Shown: piece by piece, positions 25,210 to 36,000 of the stretch | Layout: the number at the start of each line of letters is the position of its first letter | Position numbering within the stretch: position 1 is the stretch's first letter | IMG/VR virus record: IMGVR_UViG_3300022745_000628 | Span: 32,001-96,000 of that record | Source: a virus | Reading direction: 5' to 3' (one strand) | Length of the DNA stretch: 64,000 nt | Translations under genes and position numbers: made by a program | The notes under the pieces: model-generated | Databases searched by the model: none | Seen by the model: the letters and a program-made list of their open reading frames with translations, nothing else | Told to the model about the DNA's origin: nothing

Positions 25210-27006
25210 ATGTTATTCAAATTCGGCAAGAAACCAGCTCGACACGATCCGAGACTATTTCAACTAAGCAACTACCTTAACAAGGCTACGTTGCCAACGC
25301 CGCCGGCGGAATTTGGCCATGAAAATCTGATCAATTCGTGGGGTATGCTCGCGAACGATCAGTATGGTTGTCATGACGATCAAACTGAGGTATTAACCGA
25401 CGCAGGCTGGCAAAAGTGGCCTGAATACGATGGTAAAGCACTGCTCGGCACAATGAATACGGCCACCGGAATGCTGGAATACCAAGCTCCGTTAGCAATC
25501 AAGCGTGCTCCATATTCGGGAAAAATGTTTTACGCTGACCATGCCGCTATGGATTTTGCGTTGACACCTGAACATCGCATGTATCACCAGCAATACCACG
25601 TTCCTAAGCCGTATACGCCTAATTCCGCTTATTGGGGACAACCTCAATTTAAAACAATTGACAGTATGAGTAAGCGTGTACGTATTCCGGGCTGCACGAA
25701 TGGATTTATTGGTACCGGGCTGGTAGAGTTAGAGATTGGCGCTAGAAAATGGAGTGGCGACGATTTTATAGCGCTATTGTCATTAATTGCGTCTGATGGT
25801 TGGGTAGGCGGGTCTGAGACAACTTGGCGAAGAATATCGTTCTGCTGTTTTAGAGACGACCGTCGCGAAATGGTAGCCGCCTTAGCATTTAGACTAGGCA
25901 TCAAAGAAACTGTCCGTCGCGGAGTATGGGAATTTACCGATCCAGCATTAGCTGATTGGTTACGGGCGAATCTGTTTACATCTCCGACGTACAGAAGTGC
26001 GTTTAAGAAGGTGCCTGATCTGGTCAAAGTGGCCAGCCAATCCCAAATACACAGGTTCTTAGATTTTTACGGAGATCAGCACACGATTGGCGATACTCGG
26101 GCTTACTCATCCACAAGTAAACAAATGATAGACGACTTGCAAGAGTTGCTATTAAAAACCGGCGAGTCTGGCGCTACACGTGAACGACCTTTACGAGAGT
26201 CCCATGCCCGTAAACAAGATGGTACTATGGTGCACAGTCGCTCCCCAGAGCATACGCTGTATCAACGAAAACGCGAGCATCTGGCTATTTGCCAGACCAC
26301 GCGTAATCCTTGCATTCGCGACGACTACTATAACGGAGATATATTCTGTGCAACTGTGCCGAATTCTACGTTGATTACCCGCCGTAACGGTTACCCGCTA
26401 ATTTCAGGAAATTGCTGCGTCTGGGCTGGCGCGGCCCATGAAACTATGCTTTGGAACGCTATGGCCCGTAAAACTGTTATGTTTACCGACGCTGGTGTAT
26501 TGTCGGATTATTCGGCCGTTACCGGCTTTAATCCTCGTAATCCTGCTTCTGATCAGGGCACGGACATGCTTGAAGCTGCCAGCTATCGCCGAAAGGTTGG
26601 CGTACTGGATGGCGGCGGCAAACGACATAAGGTTGCTGCTTATTTAGGCATCACTCCCGGTGATCCAGTCGAACACGCCGTAGCGCTGTACCTGTTTGGC
26701 GCAGTCGGACTAGGTATCGAAGTGCCTAGCAGTGCGATTACTCAATTCAATGTAGGCAAACCGTGGGATGTAGCTAAGCGTTCGTCAATACTCGGCGGAC
26801 ATTACATTCCATTGGTAGCCAAGCGTAACAACATGTTTTCATGTGTTACATGGGGACGAATTCAACCGATGACCATGAAATTCCTACAAAAGTACTGCGA
26901 TCAGTCGATTGTGTACGTGTCGGAAGAAATGCTCACCAACGGCAAATCTCTCGAGGGATTTGACAAAGCCACACTTCTCGCGGATCTCAATGCTTTACCT
27001 CACTAG
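25210..27006 (+). CDS. Second putative papain-like cysteine peptidase with intein
   Basis: Spliced sequence MLANDQYG|CCVWAG; GGHYI; CVTWG. Confidence 0.7.
   Translation: MLFKFGKKPARHDPRLFQLSNYLNKATLPTPPAEFGHENLINSWGMLANDQYGCHDDQTEVLTDAGWQKWPEYDGKALLGTMNTATGMLEYQAPLAIKRAPYSGKMFYADHAAMDFALTPEHRMYHQQYHVPKPYTPNSAYWGQPQFKTIDSMSKRVRIPGCTNGFIGTGLVELEIGARKWSGDDFIALLSLIASDGWVGGSETTWRRISFCCFRDDRREMVAALAFRLGIKETVRRGVWEFTDPALADWLRANLFTSPTYRSAFKKVPDLVKVASQSQIHRFLDFYGDQHTIGDTRAYSSTSKQMIDDLQELLLKTGESGATRERPLRESHARKQDGTMVHSRSPEHTLYQRKREHLAICQTTRNPCIRDDYYNGDIFCATVPNSTLITRRNGYPLISGNCCVWAGAAHETMLWNAMARKTVMFTDAGVLSDYSAVTGFNPRNPASDQGTDMLEAASYRRKVGVLDGGGKRHKVAAYLGITPGDPVEHAVALYLFGAVGLGIEVPSSAITQFNVGKPWDVAKRSSILGGHYIPLVAKRNNMFSCVTWGRIQPMTMKFLQKYCDQSIVYVSEEMLTNGKSLEGFDKATLLADLNALPH
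25369..26412 (+). mobile_element. Intein, 348 aa, with probably degenerate LAGLIDADG domain
   Basis: Starts CHDDQTEVLT; LTPEHRM; LSLIASDG; ends IFCATVPNSTLITRRNG..SGN|C. Confidence 0.88.
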
Positions 27007-27017
27007 GATGTAACATC

Positions 27018-27371
27018 ATGCCATTACGTGTTTCGGACCGGACACCAGACGCTTTTTTTGAAGCTGCCATCACGCAGCGAGGAATTCGGCGTACCGCCGG
27101 TAACGGGCGCATATGCCGTGATGTGTTCCGATGGTGCCAGGAAAATGAGCAGCGATTGCTTAATTTAAAGGACTCGGTTGGAGCGGTTGCAGACAACCGA
27201 GATCCGTTTGTTGACCGAGCGGTGCAAATCTACCGCGAAGAGAAGTACGGCTCGGTGTTGCTGTACATCGGTTTTCAGCTGGCGTACATGTTGATTAAAA
27301 TGATTATTGAATCATATTTCTTTTCGTCGCCAGCGCCAGGATGCTCTAAATGTTCGCAACTACATGGATAA
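27018..27371 (+). CDS. Hypothetical protein
   Basis: 117 aa in-line with the operon. Confidence 0.65.
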   Translation: MPLRVSDRTPDAFFEAAITQRGIRRTAGNGRICRDVFRWCQENEQRLLNLKDSVGAVADNRDPFVDRAVQIYREEKYGSVLLYIGFQLAYMLIKMIIESYFFSSPAPGCSKCSQLHG

Positions 27372-27781
27372 ATCGATTTGCTTGGATAGCCGCTGCTGTG
27401 TTTGTAATCGGATGTGTACCGTCTGCGATGGTACTGTCCGATAGCGCTAATACTTGGCTGACACCTGCGCCAGAATACAACGTATACGTATTTTCTGGTG
27501 CATTCTGTCCGGCGTGTCGAGCGCAAGCGGCCAACTGGGAAGCAGCTGATATCGCAGGCTTATTGAAGAAACAAGGTATAACCTACTTCAATATCGACAC
27601 TGCGAAGGAACTGACACTTACTCAACAGTGGGGCGTCAAGATCATTCCAACCACTATAATGGTGGAAGTAATGCCTAGTGGTAAATCTGCCAGGGCAGTC
27701 CGGCGTTTTAATGCCATGATGTCTGAAAGCCAACTTAAGGACTTCGTCAATTTAAATGCTACGCCACCAATATCCAACTAA
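27350..27781 (+). CDS. Secreted/membrane-anchored thioredoxin-like protein
   Basis: N-terminal hydrophobic segment; FSGAFCPAC; IIPTT cis-Pro loop. Confidence 0.75.
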   Translation: MFATTWINRFAWIAAAVFVIGCVPSAMVLSDSANTWLTPAPEYNVYVFSGAFCPACRAQAANWEAADIAGLLKKQGITYFNIDTAKELTLTQQWGVKIIPTTIMVEVMPSGKSARAVRRFNAMMSESQLKDFVNLNATPPISN

Positions 27782-27809
27782 TTTTTCAACCGTAAGAGAG
27801 GCGCTGGTT

Positions 27810-28445
27810 ATGACAATCAAAGCCGGCTATGATTGGGTACGCAACGCTGGCGCTAAATTGTTTTCAACCACTGAAAATGGCTACTCGGTTATGGCTGGCG
27901 GTACTGCTGCTGTGCTATCTAATATCGAAAAGTATGCTGCAAGTTTAGACGCAGCCGCGCGCAGAGCCACGCTTTCACACGATTGTTTTGCAGTCCAAGC
28001 ACAAAATATCCAGGATTTAGTAGCTTTAACCGCTATTCTGCGCAGTTTGCCATTAAACCTATTGATTACCAAACCCAATTCAAACATCATTTGGATCTGC
28101 TCCCGGCAGCTGGCTGAGAAGTTCGGAGCTCCGGTTGCTTCCGTCGAAAATCAACCACTTACGAATATTCCGTATCTTGACAGTGAATGCATGCCGGCGG
28201 TGTGGGCAGCGCTTTCCACAGAAGAGCATGAAGTAGTTAGTTGCACAATTACCAGCGCTACAGGCATTAAATCTGCCATAGATTTTCTGGCATTGCGGAT
28301 AACCACATCATTTGGAAACATCGGCGTGGCCATTGGTACAGATATAATTAAAGCTGATACGCCCTACGCCACTAGCATGAATACTATCAATGGCTTTACA
28401 GACGCAACTATTGCTGGAGCTTCACAAGACAGTTCAGCTGCTTAA
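27810..28445 (+). CDS. Hypothetical protein, possible PAS-like fold
   Basis: Pattern resembles PAS (LPLNLLITKP...KFG...AIGTDI); by eye only. Confidence 0.4.
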   Translation: MTIKAGYDWVRNAGAKLFSTTENGYSVMAGGTAAVLSNIEKYAASLDAAARRATLSHDCFAVQAQNIQDLVALTAILRSLPLNLLITKPNSNIIWICSRQLAEKFGAPVASVENQPLTNIPYLDSECMPAVWAALSTEEHEVVSCTITSATGIKSAIDFLALRITTSFGNIGVAIGTDIIKADTPYATSMNTINGFTDATIAGASQDSSAA

Positions 28446-28710
28446 AGAAGACCTGTTTAATGTGGATAAAACCGCTGCTTTGCTACAACAGCGGTTTGAA
28501 GATTTACATACTCGCGTCAATATATTAGATGCTCAATTAGATAAATTATCTGATAAAGTTACCGACGCGCGTCACCAGCTCGAGTTACAGTTGTTAGAAT
28601 TGGTTGGGAAAACCCAACGACCAGATACCGTGATATACAACACGAATTCGTCTGGCGACAACAGTCAACTAAATCAAGGAGCAAACGTGAATGGGGAGCG
28701 ACGCAGCTAG
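28390..28710 (+). CDS. Coiled-coil protein with C-terminal N/Q/G-rich motif
   Basis: Leu heptads followed by SGDNSQLNQGANVN. Confidence 0.7.
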   Translation: MALQTQLLLELHKTVQLLKEDLFNVDKTAALLQQRFEDLHTRVNILDAQLDKLSDKVTDARHQLELQLLELVGKTQRPDTVIYNTNSSGDNSQLNQGANVNGERRS

Positions 28711-29260
28711 TTTTAATTTCAACAACAACATTTCTGGTGGAAACGTCCAGCTAAACCAAGGGCAAACGGTTAATGCTGAGCAAACTAACAATGTCGGCGG
28801 ACCGCCGGTATCGTTAGATGAATTCTTTGCCAAGCTCACGGAAATGCTTCGACCGGTAGAAGATCACATTGTTACCAACAGTGATGAATATTCGCCAGAA
28901 GTTGTAGCAGCAGCCCACGATGGCCCACCGATTAGCCAAGTATGTGCAGAAGCGCTAGACGCAGCAAAGCAAGCTGAAGTCGCGCCGCAGCCAGTAACTG
29001 ACGACGATTTAACGTCTTGGCGTAGCGGCATGGCTGATTCTGCCCCGCAGGGTGTTGTTGCCGCAGGTTCGATTCCGGCTAAGGCGTTGGCAATCGTAGA
29101 AACCATTAAGAAGAAGATCCAGTTCTACGGACCTGTGATCGGCAAATCGATTATTGCGTTTACGTTAGCTGCGTTGCAATCCAGCGTAGCTGGCAATCCA
29201 GTCGTAGCCGGTATTTTGGCCGCGCTACAACAGATTCAAACTGAACTGAACAAGGGTTAA
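28691..29260 (+). CDS. Protein with N-terminal N/Q/G-rich motif and hydrophobic C-terminal helices
   Basis: SGGNVQLNQGQTVN; C-terminal IIAFTLAALQSSVAGNPVVAGILAAL. Confidence 0.75.
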   Translation: MGSDAASFNFNNNISGGNVQLNQGQTVNAEQTNNVGGPPVSLDEFFAKLTEMLRPVEDHIVTNSDEYSPEVVAAAHDGPPISQVCAEALDAAKQAEVAPQPVTDDDLTSWRSGMADSAPQGVVAAGSIPAKALAIVETIKKKIQFYGPVIGKSIIAFTLAALQSSVAGNPVVAGILAALQQIQTELNKG

Positions 29261-29262
29261 AC

Positions 29263-29814
29263 ATGAGGCACGAAGAAAAGTATTTTGCTGATGCTCGTAA
29301 AGGACCGTCACGGTATTTCAAACAGCAACGGTTTTTTGCGTGCGAAGGGTTGATTTGCATTGTCGACGAGCGCCCATCTCGTACCGAGAATGGTGTTTAC
29401 GTCGAAGAAGGCGATTGTATCGTGCTTACGCCTAAGGAATTCACCACGCGAATCAAAGCCGTGACTAAAGGCTATCGCAACCGAAACTATTCCGAAATGA
29501 CTAGTTGGTTAGGCAAGGAACGCAAGAAATACCATATGCAAGCACGCGGCGGGTATGAAGCTGTCGCCGAAGCGCGAGACATGGGAGATCCAAGCGATCC
29601 TGTTGTCCAAGCGTACTGGGCGAAACACCGCGGAAAGCCTTATGTCAGTATGCAAAGCTGCCCGGATATCGGAAAGCTGGCTGGCACAAAAGGTGACGGG
29701 ATTGCTACAACAGTGTTAGGTGCTAAAAAGGCTGTAGGCTCAGAAGTTTTACCCAAATTTCTGCACTTACCTTCCAATTTCACCAAAAGTACGCCAACTA
29801 CCCAGCCGACGTAG
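29263..29814 (+). CDS. Hypothetical basic protein
   Basis: 183 aa. Confidence 0.7.
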   Translation: MRHEEKYFADARKGPSRYFKQQRFFACEGLICIVDERPSRTENGVYVEEGDCIVLTPKEFTTRIKAVTKGYRNRNYSEMTSWLGKERKKYHMQARGGYEAVAEARDMGDPSDPVVQAYWAKHRGKPYVSMQSCPDIGKLAGTKGDGIATTVLGAKKAVGSEVLPKFLHLPSNFTKSTPTTQPT

Positions 29815-29991
29815 TTGTTATTATGGTGGTGTAGTAGCAATATACGAGTTGCAGTAACTTTGTGACACTTGTGCTGCAACTTATGACTACGGGTTCCGGT
29901 GCTACATTTCCTCGCACTGGGGCCCGTAGTTTTTTTATGCCTATATTCATTACAATAACAATATCTCAAACATACAATTCCAGGAAAAACT

Positions 29992-31311
29992 ATGACTCCA
30001 GAAGAGCAGTTCAAATTCGGATTTTTGGTACGTTGCGCAGAAGAAGGGCTAAACGCTGCACAGATTGAGTTGCGTACCAAACAAGCATCTTGGAATCCGA
30101 TTGATTGGTTAGCTGACACATACGATTACGGGATAGATAAGGCTCGAGATGTGTGGCACGCCGGCCGGAAAGCTTACGATACTGCAAACCAGTACGGTAA
30201 TAATTTCAGAGACGCTGCTTATAACAGCTATGTGGCGCCGATAGCCGGCCCAGCTGATCAGGCCGCTAATATGTGGAACGAGGGTGTTAAAAACGTAAAC
30301 CAGTACGGTAAGAATTTCAAAGACGCTGCTGGTTACAACTATGGCATCCAGCCTACGCCAGCGACGGCTAAACCGGCTACCACCCCTGCGCCGACTACTC
30401 CATCGCCAATTAAGCCAGCTCCGCAGCCTAACATTATTCCATCGCCGAAAAGCATGGGCGAAGCCGCTAAACAACGGAATGCTGGCGGTATGGGAGCTAT
30501 GAAACTGAGCGGCTTGATGGATCCGTTGAACTTAGGCCACAACATGGCTTCTCTTGGAAACGCGGCTGCGTCTGTAATGACCAATCCGCTTGGATTGCGA
30601 TCCGCAGCGCAGACACTGATGCACCCTGATACGCTTAATATTGGCCACAATATGGCTGCGTTAGGCAATACTGCTGCATCAGTGCTGACTAATCCACTAG
30701 GTTTGAGGTCAGCAGGTACTGCATTATTGGATGCCGGCAAGCATTTCCTGCCTAGAGCTGCTCAGGCTAAGTATGTAACGCCTAGCGCTGCTCAACCAGC
30801 TGCACCGCAACCGCAACCGCAACCAGTAGCACCGCAAGCAATGGCCGCACCTCAGCGACAGCCTCGTGCACTCGGATTAGACGGGCCGTATCAAGGTAAG
30901 TCGAATAGCCTACACAATTTTCTTAGTACTATGCCGCCAGAGTGGGAACAATGGTACAACAACCAACTTAAAGTGCGAGCAGCAATGCAAGCAGCACCTG
31001 CGGCTAACGTAGTAAAGAGCGGCTCCGCGTCATCTGATTTAATTAGCGGCGCAGCTAACGTCGGCGCTAACGTGATGACTTTGCCGATTAAATGGCCATT
31101 GCTTGCTGCAGCTGGAGCAACTGCGCTAGGTGTAGGAGCTGGCCATTTACATCAACGTGCGCTTACGGCTCAGGCGCTAGATCCAGAAGATATTCAAAAA
31201 CAAGAGTTGATCCAAGCATACTTGTTGCATCGCCGGCATATACTCGACGAGAAGGCCAGACGTAATTCGGCTGACCGAGAAGTCCAGTTTGCACAAGGTT
31301 TTAATGGATGA
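29992..31311 (+). CDS. Low-complexity glycine-zipper virion/internal protein
   Basis: KQAS motif; internal 36-aa duplication; Pro/Ala/Gln linkers. Confidence 0.7.
   Translation: MTPEEQFKFGFLVRCAEEGLNAAQIELRTKQASWNPIDWLADTYDYGIDKARDVWHAGRKAYDTANQYGNNFRDAAYNSYVAPIAGPADQAANMWNEGVKNVNQYGKNFKDAAGYNYGIQPTPATAKPATTPAPTTPSPIKPAPQPNIIPSPKSMGEAAKQRNAGGMGAMKLSGLMDPLNLGHNMASLGNAAASVMTNPLGLRSAAQTLMHPDTLNIGHNMAALGNTAASVLTNPLGLRSAGTALLDAGKHFLPRAAQAKYVTPSAAQPAAPQPQPQPVAPQAMAAPQRQPRALGLDGPYQGKSNSLHNFLSTMPPEWEQWYNNQLKVRAAMQAAPAANVVKSGSASSDLISGAANVGANVMTLPIKWPLLAAAGATALGVGAGHLHQRALTAQALDPEDIQKQELIQAYLLHRRHILDEKARRNSADREVQFAQGFNG
30526..30730 (+). repeat. Two 108-nt internal coding repeats
   Basis: LNLGHNMASLGNAAASVMTNPLGLRSA / LNIGHNMAALGNTAASVLTNPLGLRSA. 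Confidence 0.8.
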
Positions 31312-31688
31312 GAGAGCTGCCGCCAGTACCCGGTACTTTAGCACCGAAATCGGTAGACACTAAATTCCGGTACGAGTCGACCAACAAACGTAATCCAAAC
31401 CATAAATTTCAATGGTTTGCTAATACCGAACGAATTCCGGTGCTGTGTTCCGATGGGCAAGCATTAACTCAGCAAGAATTAGATTCTTTAGTCTTACAGC
31501 ACGAATTTCAAAGTCGGTTGTTTGATTTATCTGTGCCGGAAGACATGGCAGCCTATAACGATGTAATGGATAAGATTTACAATGGTTGGTATGCCAAGAT
31601 TGATAAACAACAAAGATGGCCGGAAGGCCGGACACACCCGACAATCTGGCTCGAGTGGGCAATTCGTTACAAAATTCCGCGTCGGTAA
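31308..31688 (+). CDS. Hypothetical protein
   Basis: 126 aa, ATGA overlap. Confidence 0.7.
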   Translation: MRELPPVPGTLAPKSVDTKFRYESTNKRNPNHKFQWFANTERIPVLCSDGQALTQQELDSLVLQHEFQSRLFDLSVPEDMAAYNDVMDKIYNGWYAKIDKQQRWPEGRTHPTIWLEWAIRYKIPRR

Positions 31689-31693
31689 CTAAC

Positions 31694-32674
31694 ATGCAAA
31701 ACAAGCTGGCACTTAATGTCGTTCGATCTCCCGAAGCAATGGAGCAGTTTCGAAAGGATCGATTTAACGCATTATTGCGTGTTAGCGCATTAGCCGCCGG
31801 AATAGGTGCTGGCGCAACGGCGTTACCACAGATTCCTAAGTTATTCGAAACTGCCAACAGCTTGGATATTCCAGATCCAGCAGATAGCTACGTAACCATT
31901 GGCGATGTGCAGCCGGATCCCAAGAAACGAGTGAAACTCAAGCACGAGTTACCAAAATTAGCTGGATTAGGATCTTTGGCTGGCGTGGCTATTGGAAATG
32001 CGGCTAGCAAGGCATTGCCTTATATACAAAGCGGCGCAGAAAGTGTTGGATCCGCAGTCAATTCTGGATTGGCAGGACTTAGCGATCTAAAAGATCGTAT
32101 AGGTGCAGCTATTACGCCAGGCGAAGATAACGCAGGTGTGTATTCCGGACTATATGGTCCTACGTTGGCAACTGGCGCAGCTATGGGCGGCGTTGGATTA
32201 GGAATGTACGGAGCTCACAAATTAATCAAAGGTATTAAATCTCGGCAGCGCGATGCGCAACTTGCTGAAGCTAAGCGAAAATACGAAAAGGCCTTGCAAG
32301 AAGAATACGAGTCTATGTTGCTGCAGAAGCATTCCGTTGACAGTTTGTACGAAAAGCGCGCGGATCTGGCATCTATGGCAAATTCGTTGTACGCCAATAC
32401 ATACGGCCCGCTAGTTTCTACTATTACCGGCACACCTAAAGAAGAAGCTTGGCGATCGTATTTAGGCACCATGCTTGCTTTAACAGCGGCAGGCGGCGCT
32501 GGCGGATATGTAGCCGGTCGCTATATGACTGCCAAGAAGAGTCCGGAGCAGCTTAAAAAGAAGATTTTGCAACAACGCCAGGCTCAGCGGGAAGCAACCC
32601 CGTACTCCGCCATTCCGTTCGGGTACACTGTTCCTGTAGACCCGAGTACTCACGTATTAGAATCGCTGGGATAA
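31694..32674 (+). CDS. Glycine-zipper virion/internal protein (ATG 31694)
   Basis: NKLAL, PKLAG and EKRAD motifs; three Gly/Ala-rich hydrophobic segments. Confidence 0.7.
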   Translation: MQNKLALNVVRSPEAMEQFRKDRFNALLRVSALAAGIGAGATALPQIPKLFETANSLDIPDPADSYVTIGDVQPDPKKRVKLKHELPKLAGLGSLAGVAIGNAASKALPYIQSGAESVGSAVNSGLAGLSDLKDRIGAAITPGEDNAGVYSGLYGPTLATGAAMGGVGLGMYGAHKLIKGIKSRQRDAQLAEAKRKYEKALQEEYESMLLQKHSVDSLYEKRADLASMANSLYANTYGPLVSTITGTPKEEAWRSYLGTMLALTAAGGAGGYVAGRYMTAKKSPEQLKKKILQQRQAQREATPYSAIPFGYTVPVDPSTHVLESLG

Positions 32675-32676
32675 AA

Positions 32677-33006
32677 ATGGATAAATCGGATTCCGATCAA
32701 GATCTCGAATCGGTCGAGTTGCTGCCAGCGTTCTACTGGATTTGTCAAGAATGCGGTAAAAATCAGTATCAGCATGCTATTCATGTTGAAATGTCGGCGG
32801 AAGACATGCAAGAAGTGTTGGAAGATCTGGGAATCGATATAGCTGAGCAGTTAGGTAGTGGAGAATTTTTGAAGATCCCAACTATCGTAGAATGTAAGGA
32901 TTGCTCCTCGCGTTTTAAAGTAACCTGCCCATTCGTTAAAGACGAACCAGATACGGAAGAAAATGACCAATCCGATGGATCTGCATTTGGGGACTTCTCC
33001 GAATAA
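32677..33006 (+). CDS. Acidic zinc-ribbon protein
   Basis: WICQECG ... ECKDCS; directly upstream of the RNAP gene. Confidence 0.7.
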   Translation: MDKSDSDQDLESVELLPAFYWICQECGKNQYQHAIHVEMSAEDMQEVLEDLGIDIAEQLGSGEFLKIPTIVECKDCSSRFKVTCPFVKDEPDTEENDQSDGSAFGDFSE

Positions 33007-36000
33007 TAATCAACCGTCTGCATTAGACGGTTACGACGGATTAGAGTCGCAAGCACCGGATATTCCAGCTATATCTCCGGAAATTACCGAGAAAGACTTA
33101 CGCGAGTTTGCGCATCCGCAGCAATTGCGTGCCGCTATATATGACAAAACTCTAGCTGCCGCGCAAGCGATCCAGCCTGTGCAAAATAATCGGTACAAGT
33201 TATCTGTCACCGACGTACATTACGCGGATCCAGACCATTTTGATCTAACTAAACAAAAACAAGCGCTATTGTCCGGCGGATCTATTGGCCGAAGACTTCG
33301 CGGTACATGGGTACTAGAAGATGCAGCTGGAAACACTCTCGGAAGCAAAACAACGACTTTGGCACGTATTCCGCATTTGACTGACCGCGGTACGTTCATT
33401 AATAATGCCAACGAGTATTCACTAGTAAGCCAACTGCGGCTACGCCCAGGCATTTACACACGTAAAAAGGCTAACGGTGAAATAGAAGCACACGCTAACG
33501 TAACAAAAGGGCCTGGGCACAAGCTATTTCTAGATCCTAAGACCGGCGTATTCAAGCTAGGCATGCAACAATCCGAAATGCCAGTTGTTACGTTACTTAG
33601 GGCTATGGGTGTTAACGACGCGCAGTTGCGCGATGCTTGGGGTAACGAGCTAGCAGCCGCTAATATGCGCAAAGACGATGCGCAAGTCATTACTAAGCTG
33701 CACAAGAAGCTGGTACACAAGGTTGATCCTGACAAGTCGCCATCAGAGCAGGTAGTCGATGCTTTTCACCGTATGGAGCTGGATCCAGAAGTATCCGCGC
33801 GTACATTGGGACATCCGTACACCAATATGACGTCGGATGCGATACTGGCTACAACCAAAAAACTATTGGCTATTAGCCGTAATGAACAAGAAACGGACGA
33901 TCGCGATGCAATGCCGTTTCAAACATTGCACGGTCCGGAAGACTTATTGGCGGAGCGCTTGTCCAAATCACGCGGCACTATGAATAAGTTGCTGTGGAAA
34001 GCGTCAGCTAAAGGCGAGCTAGGTTCTGGTTTAAGCGGTGCTTTCGATGATGACGTTAAAAGTGCACTACTGACATCCGGGTTAGGTCAAGTGTTGGAGG
34101 AAGTTAACCTCGGTGAAGTGCTGGATCAGCAGAACCGGGTTTCGCGTATGGGTGAAGGTGGTATTACAAGCGGGGATTCGGTTCCTGAAGAGAGCCGTGC
34201 GCTCCATCCCTCACAATTCGGATTTATCGACATATTGCGTACTGCAGAAAGTTCGCGCGCAGGCGTCGATTTACGTCTAGCTAATTCTGTTCGAAAAGGG
34301 CCTAATAATACGCTGTATACCAAGGTTATTGATAGAGCAGGTAATCCTGTTTATCGTAAGCCTATTGCGATTGCCGATTCTGTTTTAGCATTTCCAGGTG
34401 AAATGGAGTCGGATACTCCATACGTTCGAGCCATTAAGAATGGCCGTGTAACTGTAGTAAAACGTGACGACGTGGATTACACAGTGCCGCATATGGAAGG
34501 CACCTTGTCACCTATGGCTAACCTCATTCCAGGCAAGTCAGCGGTTAAAGGTCAAAGACTAGTCATGGCATCTAGAATGATGCAACAAGCCTTACCGCTT
34601 AAAGAGCCTGAAGCGCCATTCGTACAATCTGCTAATCCAGATAAAGATGGCGAAAGCTTTGAAGAGACTTATTCTAAGTTCATGGGCGCAGTGAAAGCTG
34701 ACCAGCGTGGCCGAGTTATGGCTGTATCGCCAGACCATATTGAAGTTAAATACGCCGACGGCGATACTAAAAAAATTGAGCTGGCTAACAATTTCCCGCT
34801 TAATCGTAAGACTATGTACACGCAAACAGCTGCGGTACAACCCGGCGATTTTATACAGCCCGGTCAATTGCTGGCACATTCCAACTTTACAGACAAGCAG
34901 GGTGTTACAGCGTTAGGTAAAAACCTTCGTATAGCGTATATGCCATACGACGGGCGTAATTGGGAAGACGCGGTGGTTATCAGTGAATCGGCTGCTAAGA
35001 AGTTCACGTCTGAGCATGCTTATAAGCACGACCACGAGTTTACAGAGGCCGATAAGCCAGGCCGCGCGCGTTACATTAGTATCTTTCCAGGCAAGTACAA
35101 CAAAGAAACGCTAAGCAAATTTGATGAAAAAGGTGCTATTAAACCCGGTACTACGGTAAAAGCAGGCGATCCGCTGCTGCTTATGGTTTCTGAAAAAGAG
35201 CGCAATAAGAAATCTATGATTCGCGGCAATAAGTCTGTGTTTCAAGATAAGTCGATTCTGTGGGATCACGATTACGATGGACAAGTTACCGACGTAATTC
35301 ATACGCCTAAAGGTATGTCCGTAGTTGTTAAAGCTTATAAGCCCACGCAAGTAGGGGATAAACTTAGTCCCAGATATGGGGACAAAGGCATTATCAGTCA
35401 TATCGTTCCGGACGAACAGATGATACATGACGCTGATGGTAAACCATATGAGATGTTAGTTAGCCCGCTTGGCTTAACATCTCGTATTAATCCAATGCAG
35501 TACGTGGAAAACGCGCTAGGTAAAATTACCGAAAAAACAGGTAAAACCTACAAAATCAAGGATTTTGACGGTAACACAGACTTAGCGCAATATGCCGCAG
35601 ACGAGCTCAAAAAGCACGGGCTTTCTGACACTGAGACGGTGATCGATCCTAGAACCGGTAGAAAAATACCGGGCATTGTGACCGGCAATCGTTGGGTAAT
35701 GAAATTGCATCATATGGCTGCGGACAAGTTACAAGGTCGCGGACTGGGGTCTTACGATGCTACCGGCGCGCCAGCTGGTAAGACTGAAACATCCGACTCG
35801 AGTAAACGGCTTGGGATGTTAGAAGTTAATGCGATAATGTCTTCGGGCGCTACGAATGTCTTGCGAGAGGCGGGGCTATTGCGTGGGCAAGCTAATCCGC
35901 AATACTGGTCGGAATACATGTCCGGACTGGATCCTAAGACGCCAGAAGTCCCGTTTGTATACGACAAGTTTGTTAACATGCTGAAAGCAGCCGGGATTAA

